Assembly (NCBI GenBank): GCA_000004985.1
Contig: GG738864.1
Reading direction: 5' to 3' (one strand)
DNA: 64,000 nucleotides
Origin: Naegleria gruberi
Lineage: Eukaryota
Part shown: piece by piece, positions 23,201 to 33,091 of the stretch
Position numbering within the stretch: position 1 is the first letter of the stretch
How the letters are laid out: the number at the start of each line of letters is the position of its first letter
The notes under the pieces: model-generated
The model's database searches: none
What the model saw: the letters and a program-made list of their open reading frames with translations, nothing else
What the model was told of the DNA's origin: nothing
Made by a program: the position numbers and the translations under genes

Positions 23201-25484
23201 AACTGTCAAGAAGAGTATTAACAAGTTCACAACAAAGGCTATCAATGATTCTATTCCTATGGGTCAATACAAGGCTTTCCCATACAATATGCTTTCACTC
23301 ATGACTGAAACTGGTGCCAAGGGTTCTATGGTTAACTCTTCACAAATTGCTGTCTGTTTAGGTCTTCAAGAATTTGAAGGTAAACGTGTTAACGTTCAAG
23401 TTAAGAGTGGTAAGACCCTGCCATCATTCGATTCTTTCGATTCAAACAATATTGCTAACGGTTACGTTGCTAGTAGATTCTTGACTGGTATCAAGCCACA
23501 AGAATTCTTCTTCCATTGTATGGCTGGTAGAGATGGTCTGATTGATACTGCTGTCAAGACAGCTCGTAGTGGTTACTTGCAAAGATGTTTGATTAAGCAC
23601 TTGGAAGACCTTTCCGTTCAATATGATGGTACTGTCAGAAATGGAAACAAGACAGTCGTCCAATTCTCTTACGGTGGTGACCATATTGATCCAATCAAGA
23701 CTGGTTATATGACTCAATTCGATTTCATGAGAATGAACCAAGATTTACTTTCTCAAAGATATAATGAAGAATCAGCTATTCAATACACTAAGGATGTTAA
23801 GGAATGGCAAGAAAAGACTAAGAATGCCACATCTACTATTTATAAGAACGACTTTGTTCAAATCGAAGATCCATGGAATTATTTGGGTGGTGTTTCTGAT
23901 GCTTACGATAAGAAGCTCAAGAAGTACATTGAGGCAACTAAGACCACTACTTTGTCTGATACAAAGAAGAAATTCGACCCAGAACGTATCAAGACATTGG
24001 CTCATCTCAAATATCTCCGTAGTTTGGTTAACGCTAGTGATCCAGTTGGTATTATTGCTGGTCAATCTATTGGTGAACCTTCAACACAGATGACTTTGAA
24101 CACTTTCCACTTTGCTGGTTTGGATATGGCTCACGTTACAGTTGGTATTCCTAGATTGGTTGAATTGTTGATGAGAGGTACTACTCGTGTCCTCACAATG
24201 AATGTTCCAGTTAAGAAGGAATGCGCTCAATACCAAGTCGAAAAGATTTACCAATATGCTGATAGTATTTCAAAGTTGCCATTCTTCAGAGTTTTGACTA
24301 ACATGGACATTCAAGAACAATTCAAGTTCTCCGTTGACGTTAAGCGTAAACAAATTTCAGTTTCTCTCTTCTTTGATATGAAGGACATTACTGAATACTA
24401 CCAAATTTCTAATGATGTTTTTGACAAGAAGGTTCAAACTCTTCTCATCTTGTTAACAGCAAGAATTGTTTCTCCAAAGAAGCTCATGTACTCTAGAATG
24501 AAGGCAATGTTATCCAAACTTGCCAGTTTTGGTGGTACTGGTGCTGTTGCTGATGGAGCTGCACCAGCTGAGGCAGAACCTGAAGAAAACAAGGAAGCCA
24601 CACCAATGGATGCATTCATGGGTACTGATACAGCTGAAATGATGAAAGAGGATAGTGATGAATCCAATGTAAAGAAACCTAAGAAGAAGAAAAAGAAGAG
24701 TGATAGCGACGACGAAGATGAAGATAATGACGAAGATGAAGAAGAAAAGAGATCTAAGAGAAAGAAGAAGAGGGATGAAGAAGAAGAAACACAAATTAAT
24801 AATGATGAAGGCCTTTCTGGAGAAGACCTTTTCATTAAGACTTTCGGATCTGCTTTGGGTGAATATGATGAACATTCTATCAATGCTAAGGAAGGTGTTG
24901 TCACTTTCACATTTACTCAAAAATCAGATGCTGGTAAGGTTTACATTGCTGAAGGTATTCAAGATGTTTTGAAGAATTGCTTCTTACAAAGTGTTGACGG
25001 TATTGAAAACGTTACAGTTGTTCCAACTAATGATGGATACGATCTTTCAATTGAAGGTTTCAACTTTTATGCTTTGCACGCTCTTCCAATGTCCCATGAA
25101 TTGCTCGACCTCAATCGTTTGGTCACAAACAATGTCAACATTATGAACGACCATTATGGTATTGAATCAGGATACGGATTGATTGTTAAGGATGTTTCTT
25201 ACGTCTTTGACATGTACGGTATGGAAGTCAGTCCAGCTCACATTCAATTGATTGCTGATTACCTTACATATCGTGGTTACTATTCCTCATGTAACAGATT
25301 TACCATTAAGAACAGCCCTTCAACATTCTACCGATCTTCTTTCGAACAAGCTTGTCAAAATCTCTTGAAGGCTGCTGTCAGAAGCGAAACTGATACTATG
25401 GTTTCTCCAACTGCTCGTGTTGCCTTGGGTACACCTGTTAGTGTTGGTACTGGCAGTTTTGATTTGTTGCTTGTAAATAAGTAA
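20208..25484 (+). CDS. RPA1: DNA-directed RNA polymerase I largest subunit (A190-like), 1758 aa, no introns
   Basis: N-terminal zinc motif CETCG...CPGHFGHI and catalytic YNADFDGDEMN. No C-terminal heptad CTD, so not Pol II. Length and acidic/lysine-rich insertions (KKKKKKKKKK; DSDDEDEDNDEDEEE) are typical of Pol I A190. Confidence 0.8.
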   Translation: MKKMSTVIAKSLQFKFYSDEDIEKLSVLEVDNAITHDEFQIPVRGSLYDPKMGLRDNDGPMARCETCGLVNTFCPGHFGHISIPQPVFNVLLKTDVTQVMNLCCPFCEKLHIPKEEKTILYLVLRLLDCGLPSEAMELNDKPLMFLRKYGNEQEEEPMSEEEAEEGKKKKKKKKKKLDLETEHYRFEDDYQKLVSTTLGLIQQQILKYDVSNELELHSKFLNDEIVFDLKHQIKEKIMKTHAHPPLSKIKTTGCRNCKAVRVPFAILNKDCVALHETTVVNFEFLKALKEWHGKCIHKDYADKSLFDDVDQVDTVLKKRIEKPFCLANNFHLMTTKILKETTSLFYNYLHTDEVVDMLDRVYYNGIETALNEVLFKMDINNEEEHLFDLIAGSIQDNRIRYMDSYILHSFFDNSPALMFTKKVLVMPVRFRPISPLHIAAKEEGKTMVTYVKTDIDIHYINVLKTKKLYEDIQAKLGTSTIRSDNTAIAVLRALQCYINDMLDSTSNTSSGSNRFYSSLLKKKKTSTTTLNRGMKQLMDKKAGLVRQSMMGKRVNYSARTVILPDVAIACNEVSFPAMFAKKMTFMETVTNFNINKMRELVINGAKQYPGANQIVKSGKTQSDVSSSTAVAPYTRPPLSIQLNVVKSKKQRVAMANQLQVGDVVYRHLQDGDMLLMNRQPSLHRPSILAHRARVIANQRVMRLHYASCKSFNADFDGDEMNAHFVQNPIAQSEARQLMDAQLSFCTPTSGEPLRGLIQDHVSSAVLLTMKDNFLSREDYQEILLSANIFDVNEVIRSEIPSILKPTPLWTGKQVITSLLKHVAKKNTPAGAPVFGVNLDCKTKVKGTVWGAHNEEGMVIIRDNELLTGIFDKSQVGSSKYGILHAFDECYGNNASNMLISCLSRMLTFYLHYFAISCGIDDCLLSKSAEANRIETLKNSNEACHHATASYCGLPKKKDASQYDHDKVKEFLAKHMLNPTVSKQTGEIINEKIVRKLDSTVKKSINKFTTKAINDSIPMGQYKAFPYNMLSLMTETGAKGSMVNSSQIAVCLGLQEFEGKRVNVQVKSGKTLPSFDSFDSNNIANGYVASRFLTGIKPQEFFFHCMAGRDGLIDTAVKTARSGYLQRCLIKHLEDLSVQYDGTVRNGNKTVVQFSYGGDHIDPIKTGYMTQFDFMRMNQDLLSQRYNEESAIQYTKDVKEWQEKTKNATSTIYKNDFVQIEDPWNYLGGVSDAYDKKLKKYIEATKTTTLSDTKKKFDPERIKTLAHLKYLRSLVNASDPVGIIAGQSIGEPSTQMTLNTFHFAGLDMAHVTVGIPRLVELLMRGTTRVLTMNVPVKKECAQYQVEKIYQYADSISKLPFFRVLTNMDIQEQFKFSVDVKRKQISVSLFFDMKDITEYYQISNDVFDKKVQTLLILLTARIVSPKKLMYSRMKAMLSKLASFGGTGAVADGAAPAEAEPEENKEATPMDAFMGTDTAEMMKEDSDESNVKKPKKKKKKSDSDDEDEDNDEDEEEKRSKRKKKRDEEEETQINNDEGLSGEDLFIKTFGSALGEYDEHSINAKEGVVTFTFTQKSDAGKVYIAEGIQDVLKNCFLQSVDGIENVTVVPTNDGYDLSIEGFNFYALHALPMSHELLDLNRLVTNNVNIMNDHYGIESGYGLIVKDVSYVFDMYGMEVSPAHIQLIADYLTYRGYYSSCNRFTIKNSPSTFYRSSFEQACQNLLKAAVRSETDTMVSPTARVALGTPVSVGTGSFDLLLVNK

Positions 25485-25589
25485 ATAAAACATTAAATCT
25501 TTAAAAATTATTTATCCTGTTCCAAATTTTAGGTTCCTAAATCCTTATGAAATAGCGAAAACTTTAATGCTACATTTATTAAGATTTAT

Positions 25590-27794
25590 TTATCTTCTTT
25601 TATAGTAACTGTTATTATTGCCACCACCATAGCTTGAGTGATAACCTCTTCTTGCACTGGTATTCACACAATCTCTCAAATACTTTGCAATAGATGAATT
25701 ATCATATAATGTACCTATTCCGACATAGTCAAAGTATTGTTTGAAAGATGAAACATTTTGAATCTTGAAAACTTCACGTTGTAACACATCTTCCAACAAT
25801 TCACCACTCTTTGTCTTTGGAGGACAGCCAAAGTTTGTATCGTACAATCTTCCAAATTCTTCCAAGGAGAGATCACTATATTCTTCAACAATGTTTCTCA
25901 AAAAGAAGACGTGGAACATGATCAATTTGCAGGAAACTTGGTTTGCTTCCCATGATTTGATACATCTTTCAGAGTCCATTTCGTTGAATCTAGCCAATCC
26001 AGGATGCATCTTGATAACCCACAATGCATTTCTAATTGAGGTTTCTTCAACAACAGAGGTCTTAATTGAGTTCCATGTTAATTTACTTGGACCCAGAACT
26101 GAAAGCTTTGGAAGGAATTCTCCAAGATTTGGACAGGAGCTCTTTAATCTAGCGCTTTCAGAGTTCTTGAATTGATTGACTTGATACTTTAAACGATCCA
26201 AAGCTTGTGGGAATTTTTCAATCAAGTAAATTAACCAACGATGGAAGTACATGTAACCGTAGAGAGCTTTGATTGAGGCATGAGTATTACCTTTCATAAT
26301 TTCAACAACCATAGTATTCATCAACTTGCACATCAATTCAATATAAATTGTTGCATTATCTAAGGATTCAGAGCTTGAAATTGAAGGATAAGCAATTTGA
26401 ATTTTCATCACTGACTGTTTCAAAATCTCAAAGTTACCATGCTTTCTGTTGATAAATACTGGGATCCAGTGAGAGAAACATCTTCCCCAGACACTCTTTC
26501 TGACATTCTCCTTATAGAAGGAAGTGTGAGAGAGAAGATCCAGAGGAGTTGAAATTGAGGCAATTGTGCCATCTTTCTTAGTTTCGAAAGATAGACCAAC
26601 ACCAAGTGTATCCTCATTAAATGTTTCCTTAGAGTGGAAACACACTAATTCTCTGGCTGTAGACAAGAATTTGTGTTCACACAAATCATAGAGATATTTG
26701 CTAGACTGTTCAACTCTCTTCAATTCAATAATATTAAGATAGCTGAGAGTGTGTAAAATCAATTCGTTAGGTAAGTCTTTGAGATGCTTCTTTGGTTCAG
26801 GAGTTTTCTTCAACATGCTTACAGCAATTAGGTTTTTGGAAGGTTGCGCAGGAGAAGCTGTTTCAATAATGGTTGATGATTCAACTGCAGACTTTTTCTT
26901 TTCCATCTTTTCTTGAACTTTCTTCAATCTGTTCAGTTTCTTTTTCTTGTTCTTTCCAATGTAGTTTGGATCCTTGGCTTCATCTTGAGATGGTTTTGGT
27001 TGTTCTTCCTTCTTGGCAACAACCTTAGTTGGATCAACATATTGAAAAGGAATATCCCAGGCATTTGTGTTGACTGGAACTGCTTTAGGTTCTGGTTTGG
27101 TTTCTACTGGTTTAGTTTCAGCTATTGTTTTAGGTTCTACAGGTTTAGTTTCAACTTTTGGTTCAACCGTCTTTGGAGTTTCTTTCTTTGGAACTGGCTT
27201 GACCACAGGTTTGTCTTTCTTTAGAACGACAGCTTTAACAGGTTGTGGAACATACTTTGAAGCAAGAATTTCTGAAACATTCCAATAAGGAGCACATGGA
27301 TATATGGTTCCCTTTGTTGGATTGTGTCCAGTTGTGGAATTAACATATTTCCTGGAAGCGTCAATATCACTCTGTATATATCTTTCCTGTCTATCCTCTT
27401 CTTCCAATAAGAATGATTGTAATTGCAACAAGATTGACAAACAAGAGTAACTTGTACTCCAACCCATGTATGGAATATCGTCAAAATAGTGAGCTTTCAA
27501 CATGTCCAAGCAGATCCACCCACCAAAAACGTGAGAGTGATGCAATTGAGTAAGGCAAGCAATTTGTGGAGGTTCATTAGGATAATCCTTTGGAAACTTG
27601 ATATCCAATACAACAATAATTCCATGATACTTGGATGTCTTTGGAGCTAACACAGTTGCATACCAATGAAACATGTCTCCTTGAAATGGCTCAGCATAGA
27701 CAGTTTCTAATGGATTCGATTGAATTTCCTTCAAGTCTCTCGTTATTCTTTTGAGAGCAGAAGAAGGGAGAGCCTTCGAGCTGCTGCTATTCAT
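25590..27794 (-). CDS. Ubiquitin-conjugating (UBC/E2) domain protein with a long Pro/Lys/Thr/Glu-rich linker and an F-box-like motif, 734 aa
   Basis: N-terminal UBC fold with catalytic Cys context HSHVFGGWICLDMLK. Repeats KPVEPK/KPVETK. F-box-like LPNELILHTLSYLNIIELKRVEQSSKYLYDLC. Confidence 0.55.
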   Translation of the reverse strand: MNSSSSKALPSSALKRITRDLKEIQSNPLETVYAEPFQGDMFHWYATVLAPKTSKYHGIIVVLDIKFPKDYPNEPPQIACLTQLHHSHVFGGWICLDMLKAHYFDDIPYMGWSTSYSCLSILLQLQSFLLEEEDRQERYIQSDIDASRKYVNSTTGHNPTKGTIYPCAPYWNVSEILASKYVPQPVKAVVLKKDKPVVKPVPKKETPKTVEPKVETKPVEPKTIAETKPVETKPEPKAVPVNTNAWDIPFQYVDPTKVVAKKEEQPKPSQDEAKDPNYIGKNKKKKLNRLKKVQEKMEKKKSAVESSTIIETASPAQPSKNLIAVSMLKKTPEPKKHLKDLPNELILHTLSYLNIIELKRVEQSSKYLYDLCEHKFLSTARELVCFHSKETFNEDTLGVGLSFETKKDGTIASISTPLDLLSHTSFYKENVRKSVWGRCFSHWIPVFINRKHGNFEILKQSVMKIQIAYPSISSSESLDNATIYIELMCKLMNTMVVEIMKGNTHASIKALYGYMYFHRWLIYLIEKFPQALDRLKYQVNQFKNSESARLKSSCPNLGEFLPKLSVLGPSKLTWNSIKTSVVEETSIRNALWVIKMHPGLARFNEMDSERCIKSWEANQVSCKLIMFHVFFLRNIVEEYSDLSLEEFGRLYDTNFGCPPKTKSGELLEDVLQREVFKIQNVSSFKQYFDYVGIGTLYDNSSIAKYLRDCVNTSARRGYHSSYGGGNNNSYYKRR

Positions 27795-28501
27795 TTGTAT
27801 TTGTTTTTTCTTTGTTGATATTGTTAAAGCATGGAACAGCCTTCCGAGCTATTTAAATAGTTTCAAAATTTGATGAACAGAGTAGAGCTGAAGTTGAATT
27901 TTCAAAGTAAATCCGGATCGATTTGATGAGATGTTATCAAGTAAATTGAATTTTCATCATTTTTTTAAGCGCCAAAAATAGCTTGAAAAGGTATTTGAAA
28001 CAAAAAGAAAGAGCTGTGATTACTTCTGGTTTACGGTCTGGAAAATTTTGCAAGTAATAACCTTAATCTTAAATAACTTCCCATGCATGATTAATCAATG
28101 TGATAATAAATATTTACCAAGAGAAGGTGATTAAAAAATGATTACCACAATCAACCTCATTTTTTCGTCAATAAAAAATTGTGAAGCATCTTTGCATCCT
28201 TTTAGAGCCTAATGATGATCACTAAATCATGACTAGAGTCTCCGAATCCCTGTGAGCGATAACCCAACAAACTCAACTCAACAACTCTGACAAGCTTATT
28301 ATCTTTACATTAATTTAATTGCTAAATATTAAATACACATTAATTTTTTAATTTTGAATCAATTTTCAAAATTGGAAAATCTAAGGAGATGACATACTCC
28401 TTCAAAACTCCTTGGAGATGGGAGTGAGTATCAAGAAGAAAACCTGGCGTGAAATTTAATGATCCTCTCGCTTGTCAATAGTTTTCATATCATAAAAAAA
28501 T

Positions 28502-30417
28502 ATGAAACAATCACTCTTGCTAGTTGTTGCTGTTTGTTCCGTGATGGCAATGTTATTGTCATCATTGGCCGTGGCACAAACTGAAAAGGATCATCTCGTT
28601 ACAACTCTCCCTGGTTATAAGGTATGTTTGTTTTATTGCATGGATGCTGATATGCTGAACCATTGACAATAATGCACGGGCAAATTATTCACAAATATTC
28701 ACTCTTGTATGAATTTTAATAATAATTAATAATATAGGATGGTAGAACACCACTTCCATTCAAATCATATACTGGTTATTTATTGGCAAATCAAACTAGA
28801 GGCCATTACTTGTTTTATTGGTTTTTTGAAGCTCAAACAAATAGTGACACAGCTCCTCTTGTTTTCTGGACAAATGGTGGACCAGGTTAGTAGTATAATC
28901 TGTTGTGGCATTCAATATTTTCTATGAAAATCATGCAATTTTTTTATGATATGGAACTATACAGGCTGTTCAAGTCTTGGAGGAGAAGCCAGTGAACGTA
29001 TGTATTTAAAAGTTATTATCAATTGAGGATCATTTAATATTATATAGATGGATTTTTACTTGTCAATGCTGATGGTGCTACTTTGAGAGAAAATCCATAC
29101 AGTTGGAATAGAAAGGCCAATATGTTGTACATTGAACAACCTATTGGTGTTGGTTTCAGTTATTCAAATCATACTTCTGATTATGGAGTTGTCAATGATG
29201 TGATGGCTGCTTCTGATATGGCTAATGCTTACAGAGATTTCATTAAGAGATTCCCAAAGTTTTTGAATAGAGATGTTTATTTGTCAGGTGAAGTAAGTAT
29301 ATTCACACATTGAATGAGATTGAATTTCTTACCAAATAATAGTCTTATGGAGGAGTTTATGTTCCAACTACTGCAGCTGAAATTATTCAAGGAAACCAAA
29401 ATGGACAAGTCCCATACATTAATTTGAAGGGTATTTTAGTCGGAAATGGTGTTACAGGTATGTTTACTGAAATGTTAAATTCCATAACAATTATTTCTAG
29501 ATGCTGAGGCTGACGCAAATAGCATTCCACCAATGATGAAATATCACAGTTTGATCTCTATCAAGTATTACGAGCAAGGTTTTGCTGCATGCAAGGGTGA
29601 TTTCTTTAACAATCAAAATGTTCCAGCTTGTGCTCAATTTTTGGACCAAAGTAACAATGTCATGGGTAATATTAACCCATACTACATTTATGACAGCTGT
29701 CCATGGTTGGGTATTACTTCTCAAAAAGCCAAGATTTCATTCCAAGAAAAGAAATTCAATGTTTTGAATGAACAAGGAAAGAAAGTCGATGTTCATCCAC
29801 TTTTCCAAATGTACAAACATGGTGGTTGGTCAAAGAGAGTTGCATTGCAATCAAATTCTAAGGTTAGAATGGAGTCTGACAGTCCATGTGTTCCAAATCA
29901 ATCCATTGCTAAATATTTCAAGAGATTGGATGTCCAAAAAGCCCTTGGTATTCAACACGGAACTGTTGATCCAAATGGTTGGGATATCTGTACCAATGCC
30001 ATTAATTATACTCAAGTTTATCCAAGTATTCTTCCATTCTATACAAAGTTGTTGCAACACATTAGAATTCTTGTTTTCTCTGGTGATGTAGACATGGTAA
30101 GTTCTCCATATTTCTAATTGTTTTTAATAATTACTAATTTTAATATTTTAATTCCATAGGTTGTTAACTCTTACGGAACTCAAGCTGCTATTGATAAATT
30201 GCAATTGCAAGAAACTTCATCTTGGAGAACTTGGGAACATGAAACAGTTACTGGAACAGTTGTTGGAGGATATATCAGAAAGTTTGGACCAGGCGGAAAG
30301 AATGGACAAGGATTGACCTTTATTACCATTAGAGGCGGTTCTCACATGGTTCCTATGGTGAAACCAGAAGCTGCTCTCACCTACTTTACTAAATTCTTGG
30401 ATGGTGATTGTTGTTAA
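28502..30417 (+). CDS. Secreted serine carboxypeptidase, peptidase family S10 (CPY-like). Seven exons: 28502-28621, 28738-28885, 28965-28997, 29048-29292, 29343-29457, 29501-30096, 30160-30417
   Basis: Signal peptide [26 protein letters not shown]10 motifs [25 protein letters not shown], active-site GESYGG, DxD (FSGDVDM), GGSHMVP. All six introns are GT(A/T)(A/T)GT..YAG and phase-consistent; intron 6 carries a TACTAAT branch motif. Confidence 0.9.
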
Positions 30418-30432
30418 ATAAAGTTAAACATT

Positions 30433-31008
30433 TTATTGAGATGATTCATTTGGATTCTTTAAATATTTAATAACCTTACAAGGATTTCCAGCAGCAACAA
30501 CATATGGAGGAATATCCTTAGTGACAACAGAACCAGCTCCAATAGTTGTTCCCTTTCCAATCTTAACTCCTGGAAGAATAATTGCAGCTCCACCAATCCA
30601 AACATCATCTCCAATCTCAATTGGTTTTGCATATTCCAATCCAGATTTTCTCTCCTCTGGATCCACTGGATGAGTTGCAGTATATACATTTACATTAGGT
30701 CCAAATAAAACATTATTTCCAATTCTAATTTCACACACATCCAACATGACACATCCAAAATTAGCAAAAAATGATTTTCCATAATGAATATTATATCCAT
30801 AATCACATCTAAATGTTGGTTCTAGAAAACTTCCCTCACCATGAGTTCCCATCAATTCTTTCAAAATTCCATCCATTACCTTCTTATCTTGTTCATTATT
30901 ATAGAGATGAACGAGTTGACGAGCTTTGGCTCTCTCTTGAACTAGCTGTTCATCCATGGCATTGTAGAGCTCTCCAGCGAGCATTTTCTCCTTTTCACTT
31001 CTTTGCAT
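30433..31008 (-). CDS. Maltose/galactoside O-acetyltransferase-like protein (left-handed beta-helix, hexapeptide-repeat acyltransferase), 191 aa
   Basis: Hexapeptide repeats IGNNVLFGPNVNVYTATHPVDP...IGDDVWIGGAAIILPGVKIGKGTTIGAGSVV closely match bacterial Maa/LacA-type enzymes. Yeast YJL218W is a known eukaryotic homologue. Confidence 0.8.
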   Translation of the reverse strand: MQRSEKEKMLAGELYNAMDEQLVQERAKARQLVHLYNNEQDKKVMDGILKELMGTHGEGSFLEPTFRCDYGYNIHYGKSFFANFGCVMLDVCEIRIGNNVLFGPNVNVYTATHPVDPEERKSGLEYAKPIEIGDDVWIGGAAIILPGVKIGKGTTIGAGSVVTKDIPPYVVAAGNPCKVIKYLKNPNESSQ

Positions 31009-31267
31009 TTTTTTTTGATTGTTTTTTGTAATAATTTAACTTGGATATTAATATTGGACGAATCTTATTTGGAAAGACACGTGTTTTTTCATTCTTTTCA
31101 GCTGAATTGAAAAAGAAATATCTTTTCAATAAATGTTTAAAGTTTAAAACAACTTACAAAATCCGCCAAATCAAGTTCTTTAAGTTTTGTAACACAATAT
31201 GGAGTTTACTTTAGTTATGTAACATGATATGGAGTTTACAATATTATAACACATCCCAACAAAAAAA
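31009..31267. promoter_or_regulatory. Divergent intergenic promoter region containing a tandemly duplicated ~26-bp motif (gtaacacaatatggagtttac / gtaacatgatatggagtttac)
   Basis: Direct tandem near-repeat at ~31185-31245 between the divergent acetyltransferase and 31268 genes. Function inferred from position only. Confidence 0.3.
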
Positions 31268-32764
31268 ATGTCAATATTTTCACCACAAAACGATAATGAT
31301 GAAGAATTTCTCATTCAAGATTTGATCAAGGCACATTTAGAAGGAAAATCATCACAAAAAACACTTGAAAAATTCCTAAATGATCCCTTCTATGGGATGT
31401 GTGATCGGATCAGAAGGTGGATTAAACAAGATGAATCGAGAGGATGTTCTGTTGCTTCGGAAGAAGTGATCAATGTGGATTTACTTAGAAAATTGGATGA
31501 TAATATCAAGTATGATATTATGGAATTTATTCCAACCTTTTCGAAATGGAAACAATTCAATCTGGAAAGGGAATATTTGAAAAGGATTAATTTTCCAAAA
31601 GAAATAATTCATTCCAATGAATATTATCTGGATAGCAACTTGGTAACCTTTCACAAAATGAGATTAATTTCCAAATCTTTCAATAGACGAATGATGATTA
31701 AAATATTGAATATTGAAGAAGTTTTCATTGATATGGAATTACCTAATGCAAGAGAACTAATCGAAGGTTTCAATATATTATTCGCTAAACAGACTAAATA
31801 TGTTAAGGAAAATAGAATATTACCAGATTCAACTTTGTATCTGTATTCAGATAAGACAGTTCCTGATCCTTTAGAAGCTTTGAAAAAGAGTGTTAAGAAG
31901 GTTAAGAAGAAAGCATCCTTGTTCGATGATGAGGATGAGGATGAGATGTTTCCTGTTGGAACGAGTAGCTCAATATTTGATGATTCATCTGAGGATGATT
32001 TCCTTCCGAAAGCATCTCATTCTCAAAAACCAATTGCAACAACCCATTATTCTTCCCTATTTGGTGATGAGGAAGATGACATTTCTGATTTCTCAGACTT
32101 TCTTAAAAAGAATAATCAATCCACAAGTCCTCTTGCTTCTAAAAATGATGTCAGAGCTCCATTCAAAAACAATAGAAGATCATTATCACCAAGAAGAGTC
32201 TCACCAGAAGTGTACTCCAATTTCTGTTACCCAACAGAGTTGAGGCGCCCAGATACTGTATCAAAGCCATCATCACATTCTTCATTCAGTCTCACTCAAG
32301 AAAATTCGACCATTACTCACTTGATTATTAGTGGAAGACTACCACTTGATTTGTTTCAGTTTTCTAATTTGAGAGCTCTTACTTTACTTCAAAGTTCGAC
32401 TTGTGAAATACCTAAAACTGTTAAACTTTTTACAATTTCCAATGAAAGAGATCTCCATGGAGGTTCATTATCTTCATTGGAAATGATCAAACATTTGATA
32501 ACAAAGAGATGTATTGGAGCTAATGGAATTCAAGCTATGTTGAAATATGGCACTAAATTCGGGTCATTATTCTCCTCTTCCACACAACTAATGGAAAATA
32601 TACTCTCTGAAACAACTGATCAGAGTATTTTGGATTACTTGTTTGTTGAGTTGGGAATTCCTATTGAGCTAATCGATTGTAGATCCAAACAACCAGCTTA
32701 TCAATATTTAGTATATTTATGTAATAAGGTGAGTTTTATTTGTTCTATTCCAATACCTAATTGA
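31268..32764 (+). CDS. Hypothetical protein with acidic/Ser-rich centre and leucine-rich C-terminus, 498 aa as read through. A possible extra 3' exon at 32837-33046 via intron 32729-32836 (GTGAGT..CCATAG)
   Basis: Long ORF with no recognised domain. The alternative 3' exon is phase-consistent and matches the 32840..33046 ORF frame. Unresolved. Confidence 0.4.
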   Translation: MSIFSPQNDNDEEFLIQDLIKAHLEGKSSQKTLEKFLNDPFYGMCDRIRRWIKQDESRGCSVASEEVINVDLLRKLDDNIKYDIMEFIPTFSKWKQFNLEREYLKRINFPKEIIHSNEYYLDSNLVTFHKMRLISKSFNRRMMIKILNIEEVFIDMELPNARELIEGFNILFAKQTKYVKENRILPDSTLYLYSDKTVPDPLEALKKSVKKVKKKASLFDDEDEDEMFPVGTSSSIFDDSSEDDFLPKASHSQKPIATTHYSSLFGDEEDDISDFSDFLKKNNQSTSPLASKNDVRAPFKNNRRSLSPRRVSPEVYSNFCYPTELRRPDTVSKPSSHSSFSLTQENSTITHLIISGRLPLDLFQFSNLRALTLLQSSTCEIPKTVKLFTISNERDLHGGSLSSLEMIKHLITKRCIGANGIQAMLKYGTKFGSLFSSSTQLMENILSETTDQSILDYLFVELGIPIELIDCRSKQPAYQYLVYLCNKVSFICSIPIPN

Positions 32765-33091
32765 GAAAGTATCAAAATGGAAGAATGTTTAACATTATGT
32801 CAAATAATGAGGAAGGAATATTGGACGAAACCATAGTATATGGTTGGAATTTCAAACAACAACTTTTTGAGATGCCATTTTTGTCTGATTCTTCACATGT
32901 TTGTTTCTGGTGTATTTAATCTCATGAAGAAACTTAGAAATCTTGTGCATGAAAAGAATAATAAGGGTATTTCACCAATTGATATTATTTCTAATAAGAA
33001 AAGAGTTGATCTTCAGACGAAAATTATTCTTTCAGAATTTCGTTAAAGAAACACAAAATTTTCTGTAGCAATTAATGAACTATTGATTTAT

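Noticed and set aside
24434-24972. ORFs of 90-158 aa antisense to or overlapping the RNA polymerase I gene (also 20444..20638, 22527..22829, 23442..24093)
   Set aside because: They are low-complexity translations of the opposite strand of a strongly supported 1758-aa coding region, with no start or splice context. They are artefacts of A/T-rich, stop-poor antisense frames.
26913-27288. Plus-strand ORFs (103 and 73 aa) inside the UBC/F-box gene region
   Set aside because: They are antisense translations of the KP/ET-rich linker (repetitive GGT/TTT-rich complement) with no conserved features. They are artefacts.
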